From Lama guanicoe (lineage: Eukaryota), in contig MU054220.1 of NCBI GenBank assembly GCA_013239625.1, positions 372,001 through 436,000 on the forward strand: a stretch of 64,000 nucleotides of DNA, given 5' to 3'. This document shows, in pieces, positions 11,330 through 23,751 of this stretch (position 1 is the first letter of the stretch; the number at the start of each line of letters is the position of its first letter). A model generated the notes under the pieces. It saw only the letters and a list, made by a program, of their open reading frames with translations. It was not told the origin of the DNA and did not search any database. The translations under genes and the position numbers were made by a program.

Positions 11330-11590
11330 AATAAACTAGAAAACAGAGGAGTAAACTGGAAAAATTCACAAATATGTGGAGGTTAAACAACATGTCCCTG
11401 ATTAACCAATAGGTCAGAGAACAAATCAAAAGAGAATTCAAAAGCTATCTTGAGGCAAATAAAAATAGAAACATGGCGTACCAACCATCAGGGGATGGAA
11501 CAAAAGCAGCTCTAAGAAGAATGTTTACAGTGAGAAATGCTTACATAATGGGAAAAAATCAGACAACTTTATACTTCAAGGGACTAGAAA
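11330..11590 (+). mobile_element. Old L1 ORF2 internal fragment
   Basis: GGAAAAATTCACAAATATGTGGAGGTTAAACAACATG...CAAAAGCAGCTCTAAGAAGAATGTTTACAG resembles L1 ORF2 just after the endonuclease domain. Confidence 0.75.
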
Positions 11591-11652
11591 ATACTAGTCC
11601 GGCATGTAAATAATAATTATGTGGTAAAGCAGTTATATATCCCTAGAAAAAA

Positions 11653-11885
11653 TGTGTATATATATTTACTGAAGTGTGGCCAGTCTACAATGCTGTGTCA
11701 ATTTCTGGTGTACGGCACAATGCTTCAGTCATATAGGAACATACATATATTCATTTTCATATTTATTTTTCACTGTAAGTTACTACAAGGCACTGAATAT
11801 AGTTACCCGTGCTATACAGTATAAACTTGTTGTTTATCTATCTTATGTATATTAGTTAGTATCTGCAAATCTCGAGCTCCCAATT
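11653..11885 (-). mobile_element. 5'-truncated L1 with TSD
   Basis: L1 3' UTR flanked by TATCCCTAGAAAAAA (11638-11652, 11886-11900). Confidence 0.85.
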
Positions 11886-12483
11886 TATCCCTAGAAAAAA
11901 ATTTATTGAAATGTATCTCATGTCACAAAAAATACTAAAAAAGATGTAGACCAAGAATAGTGATATCATACTGTTCATTATTTTTAAATCTGAGAAATGT
12001 TCATTGTTTCTGAATTTAATACAGTGTCTTAAACAACTCATGATTCTTAAAGAACTCAGCAAGTGTAATCATTTTCATGCCCAAATGGGTATTTATTTTA
12101 CAAGAATATGATGTATATATTCCAGCTTTGTCTCTAGGTTAAGTGTTGCTTTCATACCATATTGACCTGCAGTGATCTTTTGGTTCATGACTGATTACTG
12201 AGATAAAGTGGTGAAGGTTCACACACTCCGCAGACCTCATGGATAATGTCCAAATTTAGAGCCAAGCTTACTCAAACTTCTGTTCCAGGCACTTTAACTT
12301 TTGTCAACAACGTAACAATGAAACTTGTCTGGGCTATTTTGTGAGAATAAATCGCACAAAAATATAATGTACTGTAATAAATTCTTTCTGATTTACAGAT
12401 TATATGTTTCTAAATCTCAAGAGATGTTAAAACTTTCACATTTTCTTGGTCATTTCTGTAGCATGTTAGAAGAAGAATAAAGA

Positions 12484-12597
12484 ATATGTGGAGAAAATGA
12501 ATCTTCTTTAAGTGAATTCCTTCTCTTGGGAATTAGTAATAACCCTGGAATCAAAGTGACGCTATTTACATTTCTAGTTGCCTGTGTCATTATTGTT
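12484..12597 (+). pseudogene. OR5W-like 5' gene fragment (start codon lost, truncated in TM1)
   Basis: Translates as [38 protein letters not shown], matching the N-terminus of 27296. ATG is now ATA. Upstream 11940-12483 aligns to 26765-27295. Confidence 0.9.
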
Positions 12598-13249
12598 AGT
12601 GAAAAATACAATGTCCAAGTAAGACATCATCAATGTCTATGTGTAATATCCACGTATAATCCAATATTACAGGTCAGTTACTTCATCTTAGTTCCGTCCA
12701 CCTGCCCAGTCAATGGCCTCCCTAAACATGAGCATAGCCAGTGGTGACACATTAGGGTATATGTACAATTAGCCACATACAAAAAAAAAAACCCTACTGT
12801 TCTTCACTCTTTTAATAAGTGTGTGACTCTTTCAAAAAACAATGACAACAATATGGTGTTGGAATATTCCCTCAACTCACCATAACTGTGGCTTTCAACA
12901 CATCATTTTCCCTTTTTTGGCTTCACTTTCCACTCCACCAAAAGAGGGATTTGAACTGGATAATCTTTATTGTACATTGTAGCTACCACATACTGTATCT
13001 ATGTTGATTTGATTTTATCAATGAATAATGCACAAACCTACATTTGAGGAGATAAAAGAGAATAACAGATGGGTGGGAATTTATTTATACCAAAGGACTG
13101 CATTACATTTCTAGGCCAATTTGACCCAAAATGGAAGTGGTAATGATGATAGAAAAAATAGTTCAGGCTGCATGAGCCTTAATGCCATCAAGATGTATCT
13201 GTTTTGCATTTTGATTTTAAAGGACACTTCATAAAAATGGATATCCACA

Positions 13250-13970
13250 TTTTTCAGTCATCAGGGAAATCATGTAATCTACATAATGGCTGAAATTAAA
13301 ATGACAGACAACATGGAGCACTGGTTAGGATGTGAAATAGCCAGAACACTCACTCACTGAAAATGTGATAGTGGAAGCATGCGTTTCTATAATTCTTTGG
13401 AAAACAGTATGGCGATATTTACTAAATTTAAACTTTAAACACACACGGGTGCACACACGTTTGAATCCTAGTTTTATACACAAGATAAATGACTGCATCT
13501 CTAACAAAAGACATGTACAAGAATATTCACACTAACATTATTAGTAATACAAAAAAGGGGGGAATATCCTCAACTGCCTATCAACATTAAAGTAGATAAA
13601 TAAATAATGATACATTTGTACAAAGGTTTACTATTCAACAAGAAGCATGAATGTCCTGAAATTCAAGCAACAGCAGGGATGGTTTGCACAGGTATGCTGT
13701 TGAGTGAAACAGTACATTCTATAAGCATCCACTTTTGTGTGGTTCAAAAAAATACAAAACTAATCAATCATAATAAAAGTCAAGAAAGTGTCTACTTCTT
13801 GGCGGTAAGAGATCAGCAATTTAGGGAGGGACATATAGAAGGTTTTGTTGATTCTGGAAATTTTGTATTTTTTGGTCTGGGTCCTGACTACAAGGCTAAT
13901 TTTTTTGAAAATGTGTGTGTGTTAATTTAAGGATTCTCTGCATGTACATCATGCATCAGAAACATTTTCC
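13250..13970 (+). mobile_element. Ancient L1 (L1MC/ME-like) 3' fragment
   Basis: CAGTCATCAGGGAAAT...TTTGGAAAACAGTATGGCGATATTTACTAAA...CATGTACAAGAATATTCAC. Confidence 0.75.
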
Positions 13971-14089
13971 AAAAGCAAATGTTCACCGTTAGATTACAAG
14001 CGACTTCAGAATTTTGTTAATATAAACTATTATCTTTAGATATTCTTTATACATAAAAGTGTATATTTTTAGAAAATGAACAGTGTGAC

Positions 14090-15280
14090 TTTCATATTTA
14101 GTTAGTGAATAATGATCTCTTTTGTTATTGAAAATGCAAAAATATCTTATTTGACTCATGAGCACTCAATAATTTTTCCAGCAACACGGAGTCTTAATGA
14201 ACTTGTTTGCCTTGGTGCCAATTATCAGGCCCAGAACTCAGGGCCACACAATTATTTTCTAAAGGTAGGTGTTCATAAGTAGACAGTTACCTATAAAGTG
14301 TTCCATGTAGAGGCACAGTGGCACAGGGGAAATCATACAGACATAGATTTTTTTCTCCCTTGCTTGTCTCTGATGTATTAAATTCCAACTATGTGATTCT
14401 CTCCTGTGATGTAAGAAAGCCAACTTCAAGTCAAACTAAAACCCTTTAGGAAGTTAATTATCCATTTTTTTAAAAAAAATAATAATACAGCTACTGCAGC
14501 TCATTCCCCCATAACGGAGGAAAGTCACCCTAAACGGTCTGCAGGGGCAGTCATGTTTAGGAAGCTAAATTTAGGTGCTGTCTCAGCACAGTGAAACCCA
14601 AAGAGATTTGTCATCCTTGGAGACAGAGAAGCACCTGATGCAAAAATGAGTTTGAAAAGGAGTCAGAATAAAGTTACCAAGGAAACCCCATCCTTCAAAC
14701 ATGCAGCAAGAGACGCAGTTAACGGCAGGAAAGCCCTTGGGTGACACAAACGTATCAGCACCTTCAGTTCAATACGTGTCAAATTATTATAATTACTTAG
14801 TTTGAGTTTGGTCTCAACAATGTCACTTATAACAGTCAATTAAGTATATTTGTAAAGAAATTGTCACTCAAATAATTACTCTAATTAGTCATCACTCTAA
14901 TTAACTGCAATTAGGCAACAATTAATATATCACGAAGGCACCCTTTACCACATATCAAGAAGACTTTATTTTAATGATTTTGGCCAACAGTGTGTTCTAG
15001 CTTTATAAGATCTTGAAAAAAATCTAGGTCTCTGTGTAGCTCCCAGTGAGGTTTCAGAAGAAACAAATTCCCTGGAGTATTTGTAAATACACTCTAGCTT
15101 AATACTCATCCCTTCATCAATTACTTTGTGCACATTCAAAATTTGACTTTACCTCTTTTCCTGGTAAAGAAATAAATTAACTGCAGTAAGGCAGAACCCA
15201 CAGTAGGAAAACATTATTGTGTATTTCATTCAGGAGTAGAAATTAACAGATACATAGGAAGTTGTGCTTGTCAGCATCCT
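14090..15280 (+). repeat. Decayed third copy of the intergenic segment of the OR cassette
   Basis: CTCAGGGCCACACAATTATTTTCT matches ~30975 and ~18587; CATCCTTGGAGACAGAG matches ~31332; TAAATTAACTGCAGTAAG matches ~19493. Confidence 0.75.
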
Positions 15281-15404
15281 GAAATGATTCATGTATTTTA
15301 AAGTATCACTCAGAATGTGGCCAAAAAAATAGTGTATCCCCTAAAACTGCCATGTTGCACAACTTCAGGGGCAACATTTTACTTATTTCCTTGTCCTCAC
15401 TGGA

Positions 15405-15715
15405 TTTGGGTGATACAGCATTTATTTGATACATTTATACATTGGAATATAATTACCACCATATCTTTAGCTGACACCCACATCAGTCACATGATTATTG
15501 TCCATTTCTTGTGATGAGGACATTTAAGATCTAGTCTCTTAGCAACTTTAAGGTATATAATACAGTATTGTAACTAATCACAAAGCTGTGTGTTAGATCT
15601 CCAGAGCTAAATTCATCTTACAACTGCAAGTTTGTACACTTTAACCAATAGCTCCTCAATCCCTCCACCCCCAGCCCCTGGCAACCACCATGCTATACTC
15701 TGTTTCTGTGAGACT
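15405..15715 (-). mobile_element. L1MA-like 3' fragment
   Basis: GAGGACATTTAAGATCTAGTCTCTTAGCAACTTT...CCCCAGCCCCTGGCAACCACCATGCTATACTCTGTTTCTGTGAG. Confidence 0.85.
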
Positions 15716-16010
15716 GGCACACAGAAGTTTTTTCAGAAACCTTGTCTTTTTTTTTTTAACTGTATCCCAACACATTTTTTATAGACCATCCTTGTACTTA
15801 TCAACTATATTAGTAGAAAGAGCCTTCAAAGGCTGTTTATTTCTATTTTTTTTGAACATCTACCAGTGTTATCACCAGAGATAGGGGACATCTCTATCCA
15901 AACAACATTTATCAAGTATTAATGTTAAAATACTTAATAACACTCATTTACTGAGTTGTTACTCATGGAAATCTTATGCTAAGGATGGCTGAAATGTACC
16001 AAGACATGGA

Positions 16011-16473
16011 CAGTCATACCTCGGAGATACCGCAGGTTGAGTTCCAGACCACCATGATAAAGTGAATATTCCAACAAAGAGAAGCAGGTAATTTCTGGTT
16101 TCCAAGTACGTATGAAAGTTACATTTACACCATACTGCAGTCTATTCAGTATGCAATAACACTAGCTCTAAAAAAAAAAAGTAATACTATAATTAAAAAA
16201 TACTTTATTGATTAAAAAAAAGCATTTGAGCTTTCAATGAGTGGTATTAATAACATCAAAAATCACCAATCACAGATCACCATTACAAATATATTAATGA
16301 TGAAACAGTTTGGAAATTGTGACAGTTAGCAAAATGTGACACAGAGCCATGAAGTGAGCAAATTCTGCTGGACACGCAGCACTAACATACTTGCCTGACG
16401 CAGGGCTGCCACAAGCCGCAATTTGTAAAAAACCACAATTATCTGCAAAGCACAATAAAACGAGGTATGCCTG
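16011..16473. mobile_element. Tigger1-derived non-autonomous DNA transposon
   Basis: Terminal inverted repeats CAGTCATACCTCG (16011) and CGAGGTATGCCTG (ending 16473); Tigger1-like GTTCCAGACCACC. Confidence 0.88.
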
Positions 16474-16534
16474 TGAATGAATGAAGTCCATTGTTCAATA
16501 AAAAGTGTGCTGTGTGTGATGAATGTTTTACAGT

Positions 16535-17025
16535 TGAAGGAGAACAGAATATACCCCTCCAAAATATGCCACTTTGGCTTAATAATTATTTTTAATTCAA
16601 ATTACTTATAAAACAGCTGGTGGAAAAGGGACCCCCTGACCCTCCTCCGTGTCTCTGAAGGCAGGAAATCAATGTCCTGTGTGACACTTCCCCTCCCTGT
16701 GCCAGAAAGGTAGAAGGCATTCATAGCACCAGAAACAGGGAATTAAGGGCCGAGAAGGCTGCGTAACCAAACCTTGTTACTACTTTACTGGTACTAACCA
16801 GCGTAATCCCGTTTGTCCCATCAATTCATCAAACTTTAATGTTTTCTTGTCTAAAAGGAATAAAAGCTGCCTGCTTTGGGCACATTGCATGTCATTCTTT
16901 TTATGAGACCCCTATATGTAGAAAATTAAATTCATTTTTCTCCTGTTACTTTGTCTTATGTCAATGTAATTATTAGGCTAGTGAGAGAACTAGAAGGAAA
17001 GAAGGGAACGTTTTCTGTACCTACA
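16535..17025 (+). mobile_element. Solo ERV1-class LTR (MER34/MER39-like)
   Basis: TG...CA ends; TGAAGGAGAACAGAATATACCCCTCCAAAATATGCCACTTTGGC; U5-like TTTTCTCCTGTTACTTTGTCTTATGTCAAT. Confidence 0.75.
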
Positions 17026-17294
17026 TAATCAAACAAATCATTGAAATAAGGGTGATTGACATATACTCAGGGGAAAGACTCAGACAATGACTAATGGTCA
17101 AATCGGTATGTAAGATGATCAAATCTCAGAATGAGAAGTGAAGTTTCAGAAATGGAGGAAGTTGGATGAACAATGAAAAGGAGAAGAAAGTCATTAGCAC
17201 AGAATCTAGCTTCACTGGAGGAGAGATTTATGGTAGCCATGAAGCATGACATTAAACTCTGGTAAATTTCTGACATCGATTTGGTGAAAAGAAT

Positions 17295-17516
17295 AAAGAA
17301 TTAAAAGTCAGCCTTTGCTCAAGTCACTGCAGCAGTCACAAGAGAAAATACAGAAACAGAAACCTAATTCCTCGTGTTCTCACAACACAAAAATGCAAGG
17401 GTGGAGGCTCTAGAGATTTAAGTCCCAACAGTCACTAGACAGAAATAAAATGCGATCTGCCTACTGTACACGGACTGGAGAAAAAGGACAGAACGCCTCG
17501 CTCATTTCAGGTAGGT
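17295..17516 (+). promoter_or_regulatory. Orphan P2-type OR promoter and first exon
   Basis: Aligns with 25800-26020 and 6190-6406, including donor CAG|GTAGGT at 17511. No OR5W2-type CDS follows. Confidence 0.6.
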
Positions 17517-18140
17517 TTCTAAACGGCTAAATTTAAAGCATATGGGAAATATGGTAAACCTCACTTTGATGGAAAAGTGAGGAATCAAGTATTGGGGATG
17601 TGTAAACGAATCATTTTATACCTGCTTACTTAGTTAGCTAAATACCACAATCTAGTAACCAAATACAATGTCAACTTCTGAAATTCCTCTCCAGAAATTT
17701 GCTATGAACCAGACACCCAGCGCCACTCTGAGTCACTGTAGCGTTTAACAACTCACTCTTCCCTGCTAGACTTCAGCCCCTTCTCTGTAAAAGATAACCT
17801 GTCTCTACGTATCTGTGATCTACTTTTGTGCAAACCTGCCCCCACAACTGGAGGTATTAAACACATAAAATTTTTAAAAACACTGAAAACAGAGCTCTTT
17901 CATCACCACACAAAAGAATTGCTTAGTATCTCAAGGCCGATTTGACCTGAAATGGCAATAATAATGGTATTATATGTAATAATAATAATAATGATAATGA
18001 CATATGTTATAATATGTTATAATAATAATTATATATTATATATTATAACAATAATATAATATATATGTTATTATAATAATGTCGTAAATAATGAGGAAAT
18101 GAGCTGTAGAAGACCGAATACTCTTAAACCCAACACCTTT

Positions 18141-18178
18141 TTTTAAAACATTTTTTATTGAGTTATAGCCATTTTACT
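18141..18178 (-). mobile_element. Ultra-short (38 bp) L1 3'-end insertion
   Basis: AAACATTTTTTATTGAGTTATAGCCATTTTAC flanked by TSD CAACACCTTT (18131-18140, 18179-18188). Confidence 0.8.
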
Positions 18179-20031
18179 CAACACCTTTAACTGACCCCAA
18201 TTTGACACCCAGACTTTAGTAGACTTGTCATAGAAATGCGTATACACCTTTTTTCTGTATGCAGGTAAATAAAACTGTAAAACTCAGTCAGATTGTAGAC
18301 AATGGCAGCATTTCATTCTTTTTCACTCTTTAGCAGATCCTGGTATGCAGTGTTTTTCAATATATTCTTGTAAAATTAGTAAAGCATATAATTTTCATAG
18401 ATTTATGAGTTTTCAGATAGAAATGAGTATGTTTTATATTACTGAAAAGCACTGTTTTACTTATAGAACAGAGATGTTTAGCAAGCCAAGCAATGTTGTC
18501 TTGTTTTAGGCAACAGGCACCTAGTAAACCTAGGTTTCCTGCGTTCCATTATTACGCACTGAATTTATAGGATAATGGTCCATGCCCCTGGGCCAGACAA
18601 CCATTTTCTGGAAGGAGGCGAGCGAAAACAAACCGTTGCCTGCTTAGTGTTAGGTTTAGGAGCACCAATGAGACCAGAAAAAAACACATAGACACAGATT
18701 AATTCTAGTGTCTTAAATGCTACCTTATGTCTTCCCCTTAGCTATTCTCTGTTAACATACCAGCTTTGGGGAAGTAATGTATGATCTGATTTTTTAGTAA
18801 TACATGACTACCCACACTCCAAATTTAATGGTGAGTGGGAGAGCAATTACATGGTCCATGAGATTGCAGTCTGCGCCCTGCTAACAAGGACAGCCTGGGG
18901 GACTTAGCGCCCCTCGGGATGCGGAAGCACCCGAGGGAAATGTGAGTGTGGGAGGCACCGGAAGGCGGTCACCAAGGATGACTTTGTCTCCCTCAAATAC
19001 GCACCAGAGAAGAAGGGAATGTCAGTACAGTTCTGGGCACCACAAGTCTATCATTCTGTGATTTCCTGATGGAAAATGACCAGCAATTTCTTAGGTAATT
19101 TCAGAGTTGCCGCAACAATGTCTCCCACAGGAGGACATTAGGTATTTTACTATTGGGAACATCGCTCAAAAAATAACAATGCGTTAGAAAAAGACGTTAA
19201 AACTGTCACTGGAATCACTTTTCCAAAAATTTAAAATATGCTAATTTCATCAAATTTTGCCTGAAGAGTATTCTAACTTTATAGAAAGCAGAAAGAAAGT
19301 CCATAACAACAAACAATACAAACTAGTCTACAGAAGCAGCTGCAAACCTGTGTTTCTGTCTACTCAAAGCTAATCTTTGGGGGAAAAAAAATGAAACTAC
19401 CTGAAATATTACAATGCATAAACTGCATGCCCTGCACACTTTTTCTTGTGTTTTGTTTTACACAAATTTTACATTTACAGGTCTGTGGCAGTTAAATTAA
19501 CTGCAGTGAGATAAAAGATGCGCAGCTAATGTACATGGTTATTGTACATTTGGGGGAACATTTATCCACTGTGTTCATTTAAAGAACACACAGCAACCTA
19601 TGCTTGTACGTGTAGCACAATGATTTACATATAATAAAATATTTTCGATAAATGGACGACACAGTGATTATCCCCCTGACATCAAGGGATTCCAGCTTGT
19701 TCGGTTTCTATCTGATTCCGGAGACTTTCCAGGGAGGCTGGTCCTCCACGTCATCTTCTCTTCACACTGACATTTACTATGGTCCAGCGTCCAGGTGACA
19801 TGAGTAAAGCAGATCGCCTCCCAACGCGACCATCCTTCCTATTTGCTCCCCTCTGCCATCAGCCAATCAAAGTTGGGATCCCACCTTGGTTTAGAAGTGG
19901 GACTTGAATGTCTCTTGATTCCCTAAGAAATCTCAGAGTCTATGGGTTATTAATTTTATGAGTTTTCAAAGTCACTTTAACATAAAAATACCGCAACAGT
20001 CTATGAGACTTTTTAGGAGAGTTGTATTGTA

Positions 20032-20101
20032 GGATTCCTGAATACAGTTCAGTAAACAAATCTGTCGACAGATTTGTTTACTGAACTGTATTCAGGAATC
20101 C
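20032..20101. repeat. Perfect 70-bp palindrome (35-bp arms, no spacer)
   Basis: GGATTCCTGAATACAGTTCAGTAAACAAATCTGTC|GACAGATTTGTTTACTGAACTGTATTCAGGAATCC. Confidence 0.98.
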
Positions 20102-20919
20102 GTTGTGAGCAACTTCGACAGGTCAAAGAAACAATGTCTACAGGACTACAGAAGTTTAGTTATCATCTCTGGGTTTCAGTTTTTCTATCATAGGGTGAGG
20201 TTGTCAGAAACAACTCAGGACTTATGTGATAACATAAAATACATGATATATGAGGTGATAATTAAATATGAGTTGGTAAAAAGGCCCAAATTGCCTCTAT
20301 TTAAAATCAAATCTCTTTGCATTTAAAAGCCATTGCTTAGAGTTATTTTAAAGAAAGACCAGATAAATTGTGTATGTATAATTTTACTCATATCAAGATT
20401 TTTATGATATAAAAATTGTATATTAATCAGATGCTCATCAGCAAAGGACAGAATGAATAAATGCATGAGCATCAGTAGAAAGACTACATTGGCTACATTC
20501 ATAATATCTATATGTATAAAATATGTTTGTTCTGATGTCAGTTTTGTTTAAAATGTTAAAATGTCATAACTTAGAAGATAAAATTTCTTATTCCTAAGAT
20601 CTGTATGATTATGATTATTTTCTTGCTGTTTTTACGAAAAATGTTTTATCTGTAAATGCATTTCATGGGCTAGAGTTTGTGCATGTGTATCCACGTAAGT
20701 GTGAGTATGAGTGTGAATGACCGTGGCTTTGTTTTCTAAATTATGGAATTAAAACAAAATGTCTGTATAGAGATTTTTGAGCTGAAAACAAGGACCACTC
20801 ATTGACCGGACTCATTTTGCTACTGTTAAATAAGTATAATTGGGCAGGAAGGTAGAGAGGACAAAAGTAATATTTTCTGAGTTCTTTTTTTTTTTTCTTA
20901 GTCACCCAGCCTGTAAGAG

Positions 20920-21012
20920 ATAACAGATGATAGACATACTATTATATTTGTCACTTATTCCCCAGAGACCAAGTACTCAACACCAGGGAGCAGACGCAGA
21001 GGTGGTTATATA
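20920..21012 (+). promoter_or_regulatory. Putative P1 promoter of the OR at 22813
   Basis: O/E (EBF) site TCCCCAGAGA at 20959-20968, second site CACCAGGGAG, TATA-like TTATATA at 21006. Conserved in paralogs; ~1.8 kb upstream of the ATG. Confidence 0.6.
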
Positions 21013-21427
21013 GGGTCCAGCTCAGTCAGGAGGTGATGCTGGGTCTCCCTGCAGAGACAGCTGCTTGTAACAAGGAAGTCAGGGGTTCTGGTTCAGATAC
21101 TATCATCTCTTTCTTGTTTTTCAGACTCAAGTTTTAGTTTCTTTTATCTCTCATTTTTTTTTAACTGAAAGCATATTACAAAGTCAAAGTAGGATATGAA
21201 ATATTATACAAACTTTTATTTCAATTACATTTTTCAATCTATTTCATTAAAATACATATATACACAGATAGCAGGGACTATAAATAAGAGCAACTATGTG
21301 ATGGTCAGACATTTTATATTCTTTTAAATGTCTTACCTGTACTTTTATACATTTTTTAAGTTTTCATTTTTAAAGGAAAAAAATTTTTTAAATAATGTAT
21401 CTACATAGATTTTTAGGGGGGCATGGC

Positions 21428-21667
21428 ATTTTTTTTATGGACTTATAGTCAGTTTACAATGTGTCAGTTTCATACAGCACAATTCTTCAGTCTTACATGA
21501 ATATACACATATTCATTTTCATATTACTTTTCACTGTGAGCTACTATAAGATATTGAATATATTTCCCTGTGCTGTACAGTGTAAACTTGTTTATCTATT
21601 TTATATACACCAGTCAGTATCTGCAAATCTCAAACTCCCGGTTTATCCCTTCCCACTCCCTGCCCCT
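21428..21667 (-). mobile_element. L1 3' end fragment
   Basis: TTTTTTATGGACTTATAGTCAGTTTACAATGTG...TCTGCAAATCTCAAACTCCC; absent at the paralogous site near 33735. Confidence 0.85.
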
Positions 21668-22812
21668 CGGATGGACAGATATTTAAATGAATTTAAGTCA
21701 AGGGTTTGGAGACCCGCACTTTGAACTCTAGACCATTATTTGGATACTCATTTTCAGTTCTTCATCTGTCTTCAGCTTCACTTGAATATTCTCAAAGAAC
21801 AGAGGAGGACATGAATGACATTAATAACATCATTAGTTGAGGAGAATATAACAGTGGGGCAAAGAATTCAAGAAACACCAACTTATTTAAGCTAGGAGGA
21901 GGCAGATTTCAGCAACATTCACGAGAAATCATGATCAAAAGAAACAATAAAACAACGTTCAGTTTCTGGGGAATTGGGATGGGGTGGGGTTCAGGTGTGA
22001 TTCTGGACCCAACAGTACTCTTACCAAGCGTCTTACACATCTGATCTGCGGGTGAACAGATCCTGTGGGTGCCAGTCCACCATGGCAGAAGGACTCAAGC
22101 ACCAACCACACTGCCCTTCCTGCCTGTGTGTCACCTGTGCTTCCAGTAACCCTTACACTAGGTCCCGTTCATTCTTCAGAAATTCTCCTGAGCGACAGCC
22201 AGTGTCAGGGGGAACGTGGTCAGCCCTGGCGTATTTCTGCCCGTGCTCTCCAGAATATTGCTCATGCTTCTGCCTTCTTTAGCTCCCTCCCTGCTCCAGT
22301 GGGTCCTGAATCACAGAATCTCTCTATCCTTTGTTGACTGATACTGGACCTGAGGAGGTTAATGGGGAAGTGGGGGCATGTTATATCCAGGTAATTGGCA
22401 AAGCAAAAGTGTTGTCAGAAGACATGGGTTATCTGGACCAATTAATTTAAGAACTGTTGTCTCAATGCTGAGGACATTAATTTCTTGATATGAGATAGAA
22501 GTAGCAAAAATTATCATAAATGCAATGAGTTTGGTGTGTAAATAGCATGACTTAATTTAGATAGAAGTATGCCACAGATGGTCAGTGCTAGACAATTACC
22601 ATTATCATTACCATTGATTGTTTTACACTAAACTGGATGTAGTTTCAGGCAGCCAGGGTATTTCATGCAGCCCTAGTATTATCTCTTTTCCTAGTTATTG
22701 AGATAGAGAAAGAACCAGCAGTTTAGCTGTGAAGATAGTAAGATGATGTTAACCCTCCACTTCCACCACCTCCATTTCCTCTACCCCAACCAGGGGTTCC
22801 CAGATCTGAGTC

Positions 22813-23751
22813 ATGGCTGCGGAGAACTGCTCTGTGTCTGCTGACTTCATGTTCCTAGGACTTTCTGGCAGAAGAGACGTGCAGCAGGGGCTCTTCGTGC
22901 TCTTCCTGCTGGTTTACGGCATCACCGTGATGGCCAACCTAGGGATGATCCTGCTGATCAAGGTGGACCCCAGACTCCACACGCCCATGTATTATTTTCT
23001 GAGCAACCTGTCCTTCTGTGACATCTGCTACTCCTCCAATGTTTCTCCCAGGATGCTGGCTGATTTCCTATCTGAGCAAAAGAGGATTCCATACAATTTG
23101 TGTGCCATCCAGATGTTTTTCTTTGGAGCCCTTGCAGACGTGGAATGTCTCATGTTGGCTGTCATGGCTTATGACCGCTATGTAGCCATCTGCAACCCAC
23201 TTCTGTACACAGTCACCATGTCCAGGAGAATCTGTACCCAACTTGTGGCTGTCGCCTACATTGTAGGCTTGGTGGATTCGGCAATCCACACCTGTTTAAC
23301 ATTTCACTTGTCTTTCTGCCAGTCTAATATCATCAATCACTTTTTCTGTGACATCCCACCCTTGCTAGCCCTCTCCTCCTCAGACACATCCACCAATGAG
23401 ATCATGATGTTCACTTTTATTGGCTGTGTTGTGGGCTGCAGCATCATCACCGTCCTCCTCTCCTACGGCTACATCATAACCACCATCCTTAGGATGAACT
23501 CGGCACAGGGGAGGCGCAAGGCCTTCTCTACGTGTGCCTCCCACTTGACGGCGGTGGCCGTGTTTCACAGCACCCTCCTGTTCATGTACTTCCGACCCAG
23601 CTCCAGTTACTCCATGGACACGGACAAAATGGCCTCTGTTTTCTACACGGTTGTCATCCCCATGCTAAACCCGCTGATCTACAGCCTAAGGAACAAGGAT
23701 GTGAAAGGTGCCCTGAAAAAAGCAATCAGCCCTGAATTATGCTCTGGGTGA
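22813..23751 (+). CDS. Olfactory receptor, family 5 (possibly OR5W1-type), 312 aa, copy A
   Basis: [44 protein letters not shown]-glycosylation site N5; candidate acceptor AG at 22792-22793. Confidence 0.95.
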   Translation: MAAENCSVSADFMFLGLSGRRDVQQGLFVLFLLVYGITVMANLGMILLIKVDPRLHTPMYYFLSNLSFCDICYSSNVSPRMLADFLSEQKRIPYNLCAIQMFFFGALADVECLMLAVMAYDRYVAICNPLLYTVTMSRRICTQLVAVAYIVGLVDSAIHTCLTFHLSFCQSNIINHFFCDIPPLLALSSSDTSTNEIMMFTFIGCVVGCSIITVLLSYGYIITTILRMNSAQGRRKAFSTCASHLTAVAVFHSTLLFMYFRPSSSYSMDTDKMASVFYTVVIPMLNPLIYSLRNKDVKGALKKAISPELCSG

